Shown: piece after piece, positions 26,438 to 36,386 of the stretch
How positions within the stretch are numbered: the first letter of the stretch is position 1
Layout: every line of letters starts with the position of its first letter
Source: a virus
Lineage: Duplodnaviria > Caudoviricetes
Reading direction: 5' to 3' (one strand)
IMG/VR virus record: IMGVR_UViG_3300032303_001830
Coordinates: 1 to 50,818 of that record
Length of the DNA: 50,818 bases
Position numbers and translations under genes: made by a program
The notes under the pieces: generated by a model
Seen by the model: the letters and a program-made list of their open reading frames with translations, nothing else
The model's database searches: none
What the model was told of the DNA's origin: nothing

Positions 26438-27289
26438 TTATTCGTTGATTGTGAAGAGGCCCGTCTCCTTGGACAGTCTAATCAGTGACACCAGGTCAGG
26501 GGTACCGTTTGCATCGGATCCGACTCTTCCGATGGTTCGTTGGAAGTTAGCGAAGGCTGCAGCTGTAGCACCATCCCACTTCCCACGTTCTGCTCCCTGG
26601 ATATCCGTTACCTGGGACAGTGCTAACTGAACTAGTTCAATGTGAGAATTTCGCGTGCCTGGTCGGACCAACTTCGAACGAACCGTCTCTTGCTGAGCTG
26701 CAGCTTTCTGAACCGCTTCGAGTTCTAGCCTGGATGGATACCTCCTGGTCAACTTCTTAACAAGCTTCGTGAGAAGTTGGAAGATGCTGCGGGCCCCTGA
26801 GTTCTGAAACTCGGCAGGCCTACAGAACAAAACAACATCCGTTAGGTAGCGGATTCTAATATGCACGCCGTCTTTATCTTGATGACCCGTCAGGCCAGTG
26901 GTGTTACCTTCGATCGTAAGGAAGCGACCGTTCGTGCGAAGTTCGCGGACGTCGGTAACAATTCCAACATGCTGCATGCCGAACCCGTCACTTGCTGATG
27001 AGAAGTTAAAGATCGCAATGTCACCTTGCCTCGGTCTTCGTGAGATGTTACCCTGCCGCACAAATTCCGCAAGTCCTGCTGGGACATATGTGAATGACGG
27101 AAGTCGAAGGCCTGCAGATCTGGCAACAACATCAATGAAGGCACCAGCCCATGGTTTGTTGCTATAGCCAACCGTTGTTGCGAATGCGCTTCCTCCCAGG
27201 ACATCCGATGTATATCCTAAGTGTTTGCGTGCCGTTTCAATAAAAGTTGCAGCTGCTGCAGTGTGCTTCTTCATCTTCCGTCTTTTCAT
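26438..27289 (-). CDS. CHAP-like domain plus peptidoglycan-binding domain protein (catalytic Cys absent)
   Basis: PWAGAF (cf. PWC), GDIAIF, HVGIV, TIEGNT; C-terminal VQLAL..G.WDGAT..A.ANFQ. Confidence 0.75.
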   Translation of the reverse strand: MKRRKMKKHTAAAATFIETARKHLGYTSDVLGGSAFATTVGYSNKPWAGAFIDVVARSAGLRLPSFTYVPAGLAEFVRQGNISRRPRQGDIAIFNFSSASDGFGMQHVGIVTDVRELRTNGRFLTIEGNTTGLTGHQDKDGVHIRIRYLTDVVLFCRPAEFQNSGARSIFQLLTKLVKKLTRRYPSRLELEAVQKAAAQQETVRSKLVRPGTRNSHIELVQLALSQVTDIQGAERGKWDGATAAAFANFQRTIGRVGSDANGTPDLVSLIRLSKETGLFTINE

Positions 27290-27295
27290 TAAAAG

Positions 27296-27472
27296 TTATG
27301 AGCTCTTCTCATCCTGAGCGAAGTTCTCAAGATCCGTTAAAAGATTAGCAGCTTCCTGAGCTAGGGCCGTTAATCGAATGTGCTCGAGCCTGGTTGATGC
27401 GTTTTCGATGTCCGCTTTAGCGTTTTCAAAATGCATACGGGCCGCGTCGATGATCTCGTTAATTGTCTTCAT
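27296..27472 (-). CDS. small helical protein
   Basis: Start MKTINE overlapping upstream stop. Confidence 0.55.
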   Translation of the reverse strand: MKTINEIIDAARMHFENAKADIENASTRLEHIRLTALAQEAANLLTDLENFAQDEKSS

Positions 27473-28382
27473 TTGATTTACTTTCATTCTCTTCCTCAAC
27501 GATATCAACGTCGACTATATCACTATCTGGTGTAACATGCAAACCAGCATCGGCTAGCTTAGCTGCAGCTTCGATAGCTCCCTGGGCCAGACGGTCCAGA
27601 CGTTCTGCAATTACCTGGGCCGCTGGTCTTACATCGATGTTAACAGACGTATCTATTTCAATACCTCCACGAACACCCGCTCGATCAAGGATCTCGGTTG
27701 CAGCTTTTAGCTTAACAGGTTCTGACTCGGCTGTCTCCATCAATTGTTCGAGGACGTCAACGGCGTAAGGAGCTGCTTGCACTAACTTCGTACGAGCTCG
27801 TTCGATGTCATCCGACGTCTTGTGTTTTGTGCTCCTCAGGTGTATACGGCACAGGCCGTCATCTTTCGGACGTCCCGAGGACCACAACATGCAACGAATA
27901 CCGTCATCCTTGATTTGACGACAACGATGAGGCTGAGCTAACGGTTGACGCTTTTCAGACTTCGGGCCACCCTCCTCTTGTTCTTTTAAGTAGAGGCGGG
28001 TTGAGTGTATCACCCAAGGTGGAACTAAGTAATCCGTCTTCTCTTCTGCTAGTAAATCCAGGCCCGTTATGAAATCGGAGTTATTTGAGTTCGGGTCTAC
28101 AAGTAGAGGCCGCTTTTCGGCAAGACTGAGTAGACGCCGTTCGATGGTTGTTTGTTGTGATCGGGCCCTGATGAGACCCGTTGGGATTCCGTTGGTCGAG
28201 TAAACAGGATCCCAGTTAAGCTTGGCTCGCCGTAAGACTTGGCGGTTTTCGTAGGTGTCTTCGCAGACTCCTTTTTCTACTTCCTCCAGGCCGAGTTCTG
28301 AAAGATCGGGCCTGAGGTCGATTGGTTCGTCGATTTGATATTCGGAACGCTCGTCGGGTTCTGAGTTGCCGTTTGTATACAT
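27459..28382 (-). CDS. putative terminase small subunit-like / DNA-binding protein
   Basis: C..C..CRIH zinc knuckle followed by AVDVLEQLM..EPVKLKAATEILDRAG, an architecture I associate with phage small-terminase-like proteins. Confidence 0.5.
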   Translation of the reverse strand: MYTNGNSEPDERSEYQIDEPIDLRPDLSELGLEEVEKGVCEDTYENRQVLRRAKLNWDPVYSTNGIPTGLIRARSQQTTIERRLLSLAEKRPLLVDPNSNNSDFITGLDLLAEEKTDYLVPPWVIHSTRLYLKEQEEGGPKSEKRQPLAQPHRCRQIKDDGIRCMLWSSGRPKDDGLCRIHLRSTKHKTSDDIERARTKLVQAAPYAVDVLEQLMETAESEPVKLKAATEILDRAGVRGGIEIDTSVNIDVRPAAQVIAERLDRLAQGAIEAAAKLADAGLHVTPDSDIVDVDIVEEENESKSNEDN

Positions 28383-28629
28383 TGGGGTATATTCAACTTT
28401 ACTTTAATCGTTGGAAGTTAATTGGATCCGGATCGAGCTTCCAACTTTTAAACAAGATTCGGATGTTTGGGCAACGGCTATCTTACTGGGGAGAGGACTT
28501 GAAGATAGCCGCCGCTGCTATTAATTTTAGCAGGGGAGCAAATCGTTGAGTTGAAAGTTGATAAGTTCGGACGAATTTTTGAGTGAGTAGAGGGAAACGG
28601 CTACCTTTTTCCCCCTCATAAACAACATT

Positions 28630-28905
28630 TCAGAATTGCATTCCTTTTAGAATAGCAATCGGTCTAGACCCAGACTTTATGAATCTACCCATTCTGTCTC
28701 TTTGCATCCCAGATACTGCTCGTCTTCTCAACATTTCTTTACGTTTTTGTACCTTAGATGAAGCAGCATACTCAAGGTCAGACTTTAGAACATATCCTGG
28801 CCGAACCTTCTTTAAGGTACCATCTGATATCCAATTGTAGATAGTCTTAGGGGTGACTCCCAGTAGTCGAGCAGCAAGACTAATCTTTATTTCTTCGTTG
28901 TCCAT
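28630..28905 (-). CDS. excisionase/MerR-type HTH DNA-binding protein
   Basis: AARLLGVTPKTIYNWISDGTL. Confidence 0.8.
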   Translation of the reverse strand: MDNEEIKISLAARLLGVTPKTIYNWISDGTLKKVRPGYVLKSDLEYAASSKVQKRKEMLRRRAVSGMQRDRMGRFIKSGSRPIAILKGMQF

Positions 28906-29033
28906 TAGAACTCCTAGTCCGTTAAATAGAAAACCGTCCCACTCACAATAACATGAATGAGACGGTTTCGCAGAAGAAACGCACTAAGGAGATAAAGTCT
29001 CTCCCTCTACGACTTAGTGGCTAGTGAAAGGAG

Positions 29034-29303
29034 TCACTTCTTCTTTGTAGTTGGAGCCGAAGTCTTCTTGACTACTGGCTTTGCAACTTTCTTTTCCACT
29101 GGCTTTTCAGCCTTTGGAAGTTCCTTGTGAGTAGCAACACTGATGTTGCCATTCTTGTCCAACGACAATTCAACGCAAAGCTTTCCGCCCTGCTCTGAAA
29201 CTGTAGTTAGGTCAGCAAGAATGCTGTCTAGCTTTAGAACTAGTTCGCTATTCAGCTTGCTTGCACTACTAAGAATCTTAGTAATAACTTTAAGTAGTTT
29301 CAC
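29034..29303 (-). CDS. hypothetical protein with Lys-rich tail
   Basis: GTG start after AAGGA. Confidence 0.6.
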   Translation of the reverse strand: MKLLKVITKILSSASKLNSELVLKLDSILADLTTVSEQGGKLCVELSLDKNGNISVATHKELPKAEKPVEKKVAKPVVKKTSAPTTKKK

Positions 29304-29338
29304 TTTTTTCCTTCGGTCTTTGTTTAATACCCTGAAGA

Positions 29339-29557
29339 CTAATCGTCGTCAGAATCCTTTTCAATCTGCTTTTTGATAATCTGCCAGTAGCGAGATAAAT
29401 CTGTGTAATCATCTTTGCCATCTGTAAACTCTATCTTAGCAACAATTTTTGTAATGTTGTCTACCAGTGTCTCAGCAATGTCGATGTTGATTACATCGTA
29501 CTCTGCAAGAAACATGATGTGCTGTTCAATCTTTTCGATTGCTTTATCTTTTGTCAT
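29339..29557 (-). CDS. hypothetical protein
   Basis: AAGGA RBS. Confidence 0.65.
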   Translation of the reverse strand: MTKDKAIEKIEQHIMFLAEYDVINIDIAETLVDNITKIVAKIEFTDGKDDYTDLSRYWQIIKKQIEKDSDDD

Positions 29558-29710
29558 TGGTTATTTCCTTCTTTTTTCTTTTGGTCTTCAGCCTCTAACG
29601 GTTGTCCGTCAGGGTAACACTTGGTGCAATAACAATACCATACTTTGTCGTACCATGCAATCCTAGGTCTACATATCTCATGCGACCCAGTATTGCAATA
29701 ACCACAACTT

Positions 29711-30208
29711 CTAAGCAAGGTTCTCCCTACAGGTTACGCATAGGAGTTTATCATATCCTGTTGCCTCTTCCATGATAACTCCTCTTTGGCTCACAGAAAC
29801 AGGACGAACCTGACCTTGTGTTCCACACTTATCACACTTCATCTCAATCAACCACTTTACAGTATGTCCTGCTTTTTGAGCAGCATGAAGTCCTTGAGCC
29901 AAAGCATGTAGTGTACCTGACCCACGAGTCTTACGAAGAAACACTCTTGTGTCTGAAGTCTCAACTACTGCTCTTGATTCCTTACATGGGCACACCAATC
30001 TAGTTGGTGAGCAAGTAGATAGTCCTCCATAAGAACTATGACGTTTCATTGGATGTCCACATGCACAGATTCGACCATCTCGGTCGTAACCTTCAGTAGA
30101 AATATTTAAAGCCGCTTCTTCGGTTTCTTCTTCTGAGAAATCGAAAAACTCAAATGCGTTGTTATCTGTCATAACCATCATCTTTCCACTTGACAAATCT
30201 TTTGTCAA
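29711..30208 (-). CDS. Cys-rich zinc-binding protein
   Basis: CACGH..H..C..CPC; CDKC...CVTC; true start probably near 30172-30181. Confidence 0.7.
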   Translation of the reverse strand: MTKDLSSGKMMVMTDNNAFEFFDFSEEETEEAALNISTEGYDRDGRICACGHPMKRHSSYGGLSTCSPTRLVCPCKESRAVVETSDTRVFLRKTRGSGTLHALAQGLHAAQKAGHTVKWLIEMKCDKCGTQGQVRPVSVSQRGVIMEEATGYDKLLCVTCRENLA

Positions 30209-30567
30209 GTCCCTTTATTCTAACACACTAAAACTATACTTATCTACACTTAAATTTAATTAATGGATTAAGTCGACTATTTTTTCAGTTACCGTGAAAT
30301 TGATTTTCTTACGCGCGTAGTGGAATATAGTTCACTTAATTCATTTAGTATATAGTTTATTAGTTTCATTAGCAACTTTTTCACTTCATAAAACATTTTT
30401 TCTTGCTAGTAACTACCTTCATATACTAGCAGCTTTTTTAATAAGAACGTCCATTTTTTCTGCTAATAACTTTTTTGCTTTTACTTCATTTATATAGTAC
30501 ACTCCCACCCCATATGCTATAGTTAAAACAACAAATAAATACACAAAACACCCATTAAACTTGTTTT

Positions 30568-30807
30568 ATGGAAGCAAGAAGGATACCATCTCCAGACACC
30601 AGAGACCCTCTTAGTCGTGTCTTAAGTAGGGTAGAACTTTGTACGCTTGCAATCCAAGAGGCTCACTACGAACTAGAACAACCTCAAACTCCAGACGGCA
30701 AAGCAGATCTTTTAATAGCCGTTGAAGCCCTAACCTACGAGGTTTTAGACCTACTTCAGACTACAAAAACTTATGTCTGGGGAGATGACCCTGACGAAGA
30801 AGTCTGA
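30568..30807 (+). CDS. hypothetical protein
   Basis: First gene after strand switch. Confidence 0.6.
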   Translation: MEARRIPSPDTRDPLSRVLSRVELCTLAIQEAHYELEQPQTPDGKADLLIAVEALTYEVLDLLQTTKTYVWGDDPDEEV

Positions 30808-30848
30808 TAAAATAGTATAGGGAGAGACCACTTCACACCAAGGGTCTC

Positions 30849-33647
30849 ATGCGAAACAACAAATACAAAGGAAAAGGGCCACTGTTATTCACAGCAGCCC
30901 TTATAATTTCCTGCCCAATTCTTATGGCCGAACAGGCAAAAGCTCTTTCTACGGCCGCTTACGGCCCTTCTGCTGGCTCTTATACTGGCGTGCAGCAATA
31001 CCCACTAGCACAAAAAAGCCCACTAGGACTGTTGCCACAGCACCAGCAAAGAATGACGCCCAATCTACAACAAACGAAACTACCATATGTATCCTCATCT
31101 CCTCTCGGAAAACTAAAGGCTCAGGACTTAGAATCAGCCCAAGCACAGCTAGAACAATATAAAGCCAGTCTGACGACTGCTACCAACAGACTAACACAGT
31201 TAGAGCAAAATCTCAACACAACTCAGGGTCAATTAAAAAGTAGCCAAGAACAGCTTACAGCAATCAATGCCAAGATTTCAGGTCTTACAATACAAATCTC
31301 GAAACAGCAAGATGTTTTAGATGTAGCCAACGCCGAAGTATCAAGACTTAGCAACCTACTAATCCAGAGCTCTACAAACCTAGAAACACTTGACGCAGCC
31401 CTGACGGCTCAAACTTTAGTCAAAGAGACAGCACTAGCAAAGCTTCATACAGCTCAACAAAATCTAAACACAGCAACATCAGAGCTTCAGTCAGCTCAGG
31501 AGAATCTAGCAGCAAAGCAAACTTCTTACGAAGTAGCCCAAGCACTAACCACTACAGCTCAAGCAAACTTCCAATCAGCAGTCACAAAAGTCGAACAAGC
31601 AGGTACAAATGTTGATGCAAAGTATGCAGCTCTACAAGAAGCAATCAATATTAAAAACTCTAAACAAGATATTTTAGAAGTTGCCCAGGTAAACTTTCAA
31701 CGAGCTCTAACTTCTTACGAAACAAAGAAAGCACTAGCTGATGCAGCTAGAAGCACATACAACCAAGTCACTGCACAATACAACGAAACTCTAGACATAT
31801 ACACAACCGTTTACAACGAGTATCTAAATGCGCAAGAGACCGTCAACATCACACGAACAAATCTCCAAGAAGCAACTAACCAACTAAACCAAGCACAATG
31901 GAACTACGATAACTTACTTATTCCTGACCCAGCTTCTAATCTTCCAGCTTCAACCCCAGGTATTAAAGTTGATATATACAACAGAATAACTTCCTCTAAC
32001 CCAAGAAGAGACCCTAACGCTTATACATTCTGTAAGACAGAAACTCTCACTCAAATCAATAATAACTGGGGCGGAGGAAATATCGATGGTTGTGGAACTG
32101 ACTATGTGATGCTCCATTACACAGGTTCATTTACACCTGACCAAGATATTACTTATCTTATGAATAGTGCCGATGATGGCTTTTACATGGAACTAGACGG
32201 TAAGACAGTTATCAACGACTGGAGACTAAAAGGCTGCGGAGGCAGCTGGTATCCAGTTTCTTTGAAAAAAGGCCAAACCTACCAACTTGATGCTTGGTTC
32301 TATGAATGGGGAGGAGGGGCTTGCTCAACTCTTTACTACCAGTCAAATAATAACTGGGGCGTAGTTCCAGCAGCTTGGTATACACAAGGTGCTCCAGCTC
32401 CACTTGTTCGCAATCCAGCTCTACTTACTGAACTCAACAATGCACAAATCTATTACGACGCAACCGTTCTTGCTAACCAGCAAGCAGAAGAGGACTGGCA
32501 GACATCCCAAGATAGCCAACAACAAGCGGCTCAAGATTCCACAGCAGCCTATTACCTACTTATAGATACTGCCAACATTCTTAACTCTCTATCTACAGAA
32601 GCAGATTCAGCCCAGGTAACTTCTAATGAACTACAAAGCATCCTCAGCTCAGCTCAGCTAGAGGTAGACCAGGCAACTTCAAACGAAGACTCAAGCAACC
32701 AAGAATATCTTGCAGCTCAGAGAATCTCATCAAATGCAACTCAGGATTACGTAACAGCTAGCTCAAATCTCGAAGCTGCAACTTCTAATGAAACTGATGC
32801 ACATCTGACGCTCACCAATGCTCAAGCAGTACTTAACCAAGCAACTTCAAATAAAGAGTCAGCAACTTCTAACGTATCTTCAGCTCAGCAGGAGGTAGAC
32901 ACAGCAACATTAGAAGAATCAAGTTTAGTTTCACAAAAGCAGGTAGCTACAGAAGTTAAAACAAACAACGAAACACTTCTAGCAAATGCAGAAGCTACAG
33001 CTTCTAATGAAGCTACAACACTAACTTCTTACAAAGATTCATTAACTTCATCTCAAGATAATCAATCCGTTATTAGTTCATCCGTTGCATCTTCTACAGA
33101 AACTATTAACGAAACTCAAACAAACATCTCATCTACTAAAGAAGAAATCTCATCTACACAAGCAAACATATCAGAGCTTGAAGATCTAGTTATTGAACTA
33201 TCTAAGCAAGACCAAGGCTCAGCAGAGATTCCAGCAGTAATTGAAGACCTAATGCAAGTAGACCTACAAGCAGTAGACCCAACTGAACTTACCCCAGAAC
33301 AGGCTACGCAACTTGTGGAAGCAGCCCTCGTTGCCTTTGAAACAGCCACAGAAGGCTCACCAGAGTACGAACAAGCGTTGGACGCACTTGCACTTGCAGC
33401 ACAGCAAGACGACATCGTTGTTGACGAGTCCATTGCAAACATTCCAGGTGTTGGACAAGCAGCAGTTGCTATTGCAAACGTTCTGAACCTTGTAGGCAAC
33501 GTTGGTGCTGACATCTCACCAAAGAAGCGTAAAGAGGCTCAAACACTTGTTGTAACCACTCTTGTTGTTGGACAAATTGCCCAGACAGCAGCCCTAGCTA
33601 CCGCTAGCTCAGGCGGCTCATCTAATAGAACTACAAGGAGAAAATAA
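30849..33647 (+). CDS. large exported coiled-coil protein with central PA14 domain
   Basis: Signal-like N-terminus; Q/A/T heptad repeats; PA14 motifs NWGGG, ADDGFYMELDGKTVINDW, WFYEWGGGA; hydrophobic C-terminus. Confidence 0.8.
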   Translation: MRNNKYKGKGPLLFTAALIISCPILMAEQAKALSTAAYGPSAGSYTGVQQYPLAQKSPLGLLPQHQQRMTPNLQQTKLPYVSSSPLGKLKAQDLESAQAQLEQYKASLTTATNRLTQLEQNLNTTQGQLKSSQEQLTAINAKISGLTIQISKQQDVLDVANAEVSRLSNLLIQSSTNLETLDAALTAQTLVKETALAKLHTAQQNLNTATSELQSAQENLAAKQTSYEVAQALTTTAQANFQSAVTKVEQAGTNVDAKYAALQEAINIKNSKQDILEVAQVNFQRALTSYETKKALADAARSTYNQVTAQYNETLDIYTTVYNEYLNAQETVNITRTNLQEATNQLNQAQWNYDNLLIPDPASNLPASTPGIKVDIYNRITSSNPRRDPNAYTFCKTETLTQINNNWGGGNIDGCGTDYVMLHYTGSFTPDQDITYLMNSADDGFYMELDGKTVINDWRLKGCGGSWYPVSLKKGQTYQLDAWFYEWGGGACSTLYYQSNNNWGVVPAAWYTQGAPAPLVRNPALLTELNNAQIYYDATVLANQQAEEDWQTSQDSQQQAAQDSTAAYYLLIDTANILNSLSTEADSAQVTSNELQSILSSAQLEVDQATSNEDSSNQEYLAAQRISSNATQDYVTASSNLEAATSNETDAHLTLTNAQAVLNQATSNKESATSNVSSAQQEVDTATLEESSLVSQKQVATEVKTNNETLLANAEATASNEATTLTSYKDSLTSSQDNQSVISSSVASSTETINETQTNISSTKEEISSTQANISELEDLVIELSKQDQGSAEIPAVIEDLMQVDLQAVDPTELTPEQATQLVEAALVAFETATEGSPEYEQALDALALAAQQDDIVVDESIANIPGVGQAAVAIANVLNLVGNVGADISPKKRKEAQTLVVTTLVVGQIAQTAALATASSGGSSNRTTRRK

Positions 33648-33943
33648 TGAAATTATTTGGAAACGTAATACTAAGAGTTATAGCAACATTTGTTGCATCT
33701 GCACTTGGTGTAATCGGTGCTGGATCAGTTGCAGGGTCTGTTAGTGGTGTTAATATTCCAATCTGGTTTAGTGCCATCATGGGTGGAATCATGGCAGTTG
33801 CCAAGGTTGTTGAACTTCTATCCCTAGCGTTCCTAGAAGATGGAAAACTCAGCAGAGATGAAATCAACGCTGCCTTCCGTCAGACTACCAAAATCAAAGA
33901 CATTGACGAAACAACTTCAACAAGCAAGAAAGAGAAAGAATAA
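33647..33943 (+). CDS. membrane protein (holin-like), paralogue of 47744..48013
   Basis: Two TM helices and DGKLSRDEINAAF; upstream of M23 gene. Confidence 0.65.
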   Translation: MKLFGNVILRVIATFVASALGVIGAGSVAGSVSGVNIPIWFSAIMGGIMAVAKVVELLSLAFLEDGKLSRDEINAAFRQTTKIKDIDETTSTSKKEKE

Positions 33944-34137
33944 TGAAGAAGATAGCAAAGTTCCTAGGAGACCTCTTCAAAGACCTACTTGACCAAGCGT
34001 GGACCCTACTAGGTCTAGCGTTGGGTTGGGTACTTCTTGAAGGCTCTGCCAGAGACATCGTTGGAAAGCTGATAGGTATTACCCTACTTATCTGGATTCT
34101 GACCTTCCCTATTCGACGTGAAAAAGACGACGAATAG
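33943..34137 (+). CDS. small two-TM membrane protein
   Basis: DQAWTLLGLALGWVLLEG; TAATG coupling. Confidence 0.65.
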   Translation: MKKIAKFLGDLFKDLLDQAWTLLGLALGWVLLEGSARDIVGKLIGITLLIWILTFPIRREKDDE

Positions 34138-34188
34138 TAACAGTAGTAAAATTAGATGTAACCCCAATATTTACTAACAAGGAGAATC

Positions 34189-34719
34189 ATGGCAGACGTA
34201 ACTTATTACGAACCATTTGACCCAAAGCTTCGTGGCGACGAACTGGGCAACCTAGCACCATATCGCAACGGCCGTCCTCACAGAGGTCAGGACTGGCACC
34301 CAAAGGAAAAGTCCCCAATCAAGGCTATCTGTGACGGCACAGTTGGTCTAGTAGCTTGGACTGATGTTCTTGGACACATTCTTGTTCACTCTTCAGCAGA
34401 TGGCAAGCACTGGGTTCTATACGCTCACCTAGCAGCAGCTCCGACCCTAAAAAAGGGAGATAAGGTTGTCGGTGGACAGACTGTTCTAGGTCTCGTAGGA
34501 GGCGGTAAGAACACCCCTAGCGGTTCCGCAAGTACTGGTGCCCACCTCCACATGACTGTTGCCACAATGGGAAAGAACTACCAAGGCGTAGAAGCTCACC
34601 TACTCCCATTCGAGCGTCTAGTTGACCCTCTAACTCTTTTCACAGCAGCACCTAAGAAGTCTGTTGTTTCTAAAGTTGCATCCGCAGTCAAGAAGGTAGT
34701 TCCTACCAAGAAGGCATAA
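34189..34719 (+). CDS. M23 family metallopeptidase (probable endolysin)
   Basis: HRGQD, YAHL, STGAHLH zinc motifs; AAGGAG RBS. Confidence 0.85.
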   Translation: MADVTYYEPFDPKLRGDELGNLAPYRNGRPHRGQDWHPKEKSPIKAICDGTVGLVAWTDVLGHILVHSSADGKHWVLYAHLAAAPTLKKGDKVVGGQTVLGLVGGGKNTPSGSASTGAHLHMTVATMGKNYQGVEAHLLPFERLVDPLTLFTAAPKKSVVSKVASAVKKVVPTKKA

Positions 34720-34787
34720 CAGACTAGACAGGCATAAAAGCGTTCCTCCGTTCAGACTGTATAACGCATAATAAAAACAGCCCCTAG

Positions 34788-34829
34788 AAAAAACCCCCTG
34801 GCTTGATCCACCAGGGGGTTCTTTTATTT
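34788..34829. terminator. bidirectional intrinsic terminator
   Basis: AAAAAACCCCCTG-loop-CAGGGGGTTCTTTT. Confidence 0.8.
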
Positions 34830-36221
34830 AGTTGGAATCAGTGCAGATTCTTCAGGTGTACAAGGTCTGTCATTCCCATTCATCTTAGTTGGATATGAAG
34901 GTTTAGTTTCATCCCACCAACCATCGACAATGCAAAAACCACCATCAGACTGGAAATCTTCAAAATTATTAAAAGTTATTTCTATATTTTTATATATTTC
35001 AAACTCTTGTTTTGTAGATTTTCCAGTTGGTTTATATCCCGAAACAGAACAGTTTAAAGTAGTTGCTTTATTATAGGCACTATTTGAAATAGATATCCAT
35101 TCTAGTCCATCTTTAGATAGATATTCATAACGGTCGTTTGGCTTAGACCAATATCCACTTTTTAGGTATTTGATATCAGTGTAATAGGTATCCCCCTTAT
35201 CAACTACAATTCCTTTTATAGTTTTTGACTCAGTGTAGTAAGTCTGGGCTAGATAGAAAAACTTAATAGATCCTAAAGAACCATCAATATATCCATTAAT
35301 AGAATTACTTTTACTTTCTCCTACCCAATTAGGCCATCTATCTCCATTAGCAGATTCACAATTAAAAGAAGGATTTTTTAAATAATTACCATTTAACAAA
35401 ATACTTATATCATAATTTTTAGTCCAGAAAGCTCTATCATCATATTCCATAGGAAACTTAAGTTTGTCATTGAAAGACGCAGAATGGTGAGTCTCTATTA
35501 GTTCACTTCTAGATATATCAAAAGAACAACTAGTCAAGCAATCTTTACCATTAATTTTTATACTTGCAATAGTAGGGTCGGGCCAAACGGACTTTATCTC
35601 ATAGAGATATCTCTTAGTGCCTTTCATATCAGTAACTACAAAAGTAAAAAACAATTTAGATTTATTTGCAGTTACATTACTAATACGAGCAGAATTCTTA
35701 CCAATTTTAGTGACTACCAAATCAGATTTTATATAAGTCTTTTTATTCGGTGCTGGGTCATACCATCCACTATAAAACTGAACTTTATCTGTCTTAGGGT
35801 TATCAGTACTGATTGATAGGTCAAATGATTTAGTTTTATAGTTTAAGTTTAAAAGACCAGGATCTCCAATAATTGTTTTGTAACTGCCATCCCATACTTC
35901 TTTACAAGTCTTACCATTTTTTACATAAAATAGTCCGTTATATGTCCAATTTTGATAGCATTCAGTTGTGACATGATCTTTGTAGTAATATGTCCCCATA
36001 CTTGCATCGTAGCGAAAAACATTCCCACCACCATTTTTACTTCCACCCTCTGCCCTAGACGAGAACCTATCACCCTTAACACCGCTGCCCCAATATTCCT
36101 GAGCAGTGATACTAGGAGCTTTATATTCATGGTAACCAGAGTACGGCTCAGCAATAGCTGGAACATAAGTAAATGAACTTGTAGTAGCAACAACAACTAG
36201 AGTTATAAATAATTTTTTCAT
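34824..36221 (-). CDS. AT-rich secreted hypothetical protein (moron-like)
   Basis: Signal peptide MKKLFITLVVVA; lower GC than neighbours; own TTGACA promoter near 36250. Confidence 0.7.
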   Translation of the reverse strand: MKKLFITLVVVATTSSFTYVPAIAEPYSGYHEYKAPSITAQEYWGSGVKGDRFSSRAEGGSKNGGGNVFRYDASMGTYYYKDHVTTECYQNWTYNGLFYVKNGKTCKEVWDGSYKTIIGDPGLLNLNYKTKSFDLSISTDNPKTDKVQFYSGWYDPAPNKKTYIKSDLVVTKIGKNSARISNVTANKSKLFFTFVVTDMKGTKRYLYEIKSVWPDPTIASIKINGKDCLTSCSFDISRSELIETHHSASFNDKLKFPMEYDDRAFWTKNYDISILLNGNYLKNPSFNCESANGDRWPNWVGESKSNSINGYIDGSLGSIKFFYLAQTYYTESKTIKGIVVDKGDTYYTDIKYLKSGYWSKPNDRYEYLSKDGLEWISISNSAYNKATTLNCSVSGYKPTGKSTKQEFEIYKNIEITFNNFEDFQSDGGFCIVDGWWDETKPSYPTKMNGNDRPCTPEESALIPTK

Positions 36222-36275
36222 ATTTAAAATATACATACTTTCATAGTATATGTCAAGGAAAAATACTTATTAAAT

Positions 36276-36315
36276 AAAAAACCCCCTGCCAATCACAACA
36301 GGGGGTTCTTTTTTA
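36276..36315. terminator. intrinsic terminator, near-duplicate of 34788..34829
   Basis: AAAAAACCCCCTG-loop-CAGGGGGTTCTTTTT. Confidence 0.8.
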
Positions 36316-36386
36316 TTTGAAAGGAAAGCCACACACGAACAAATGTGACTCTTACATTCTAGTACACCAACTAGAAAGAAGTCAAA

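Noticed and set aside
30849-33647. Tape measure protein
   Set aside because: It has a signal-like N-terminus and a PA14 domain, and no tail genes are adjacent.
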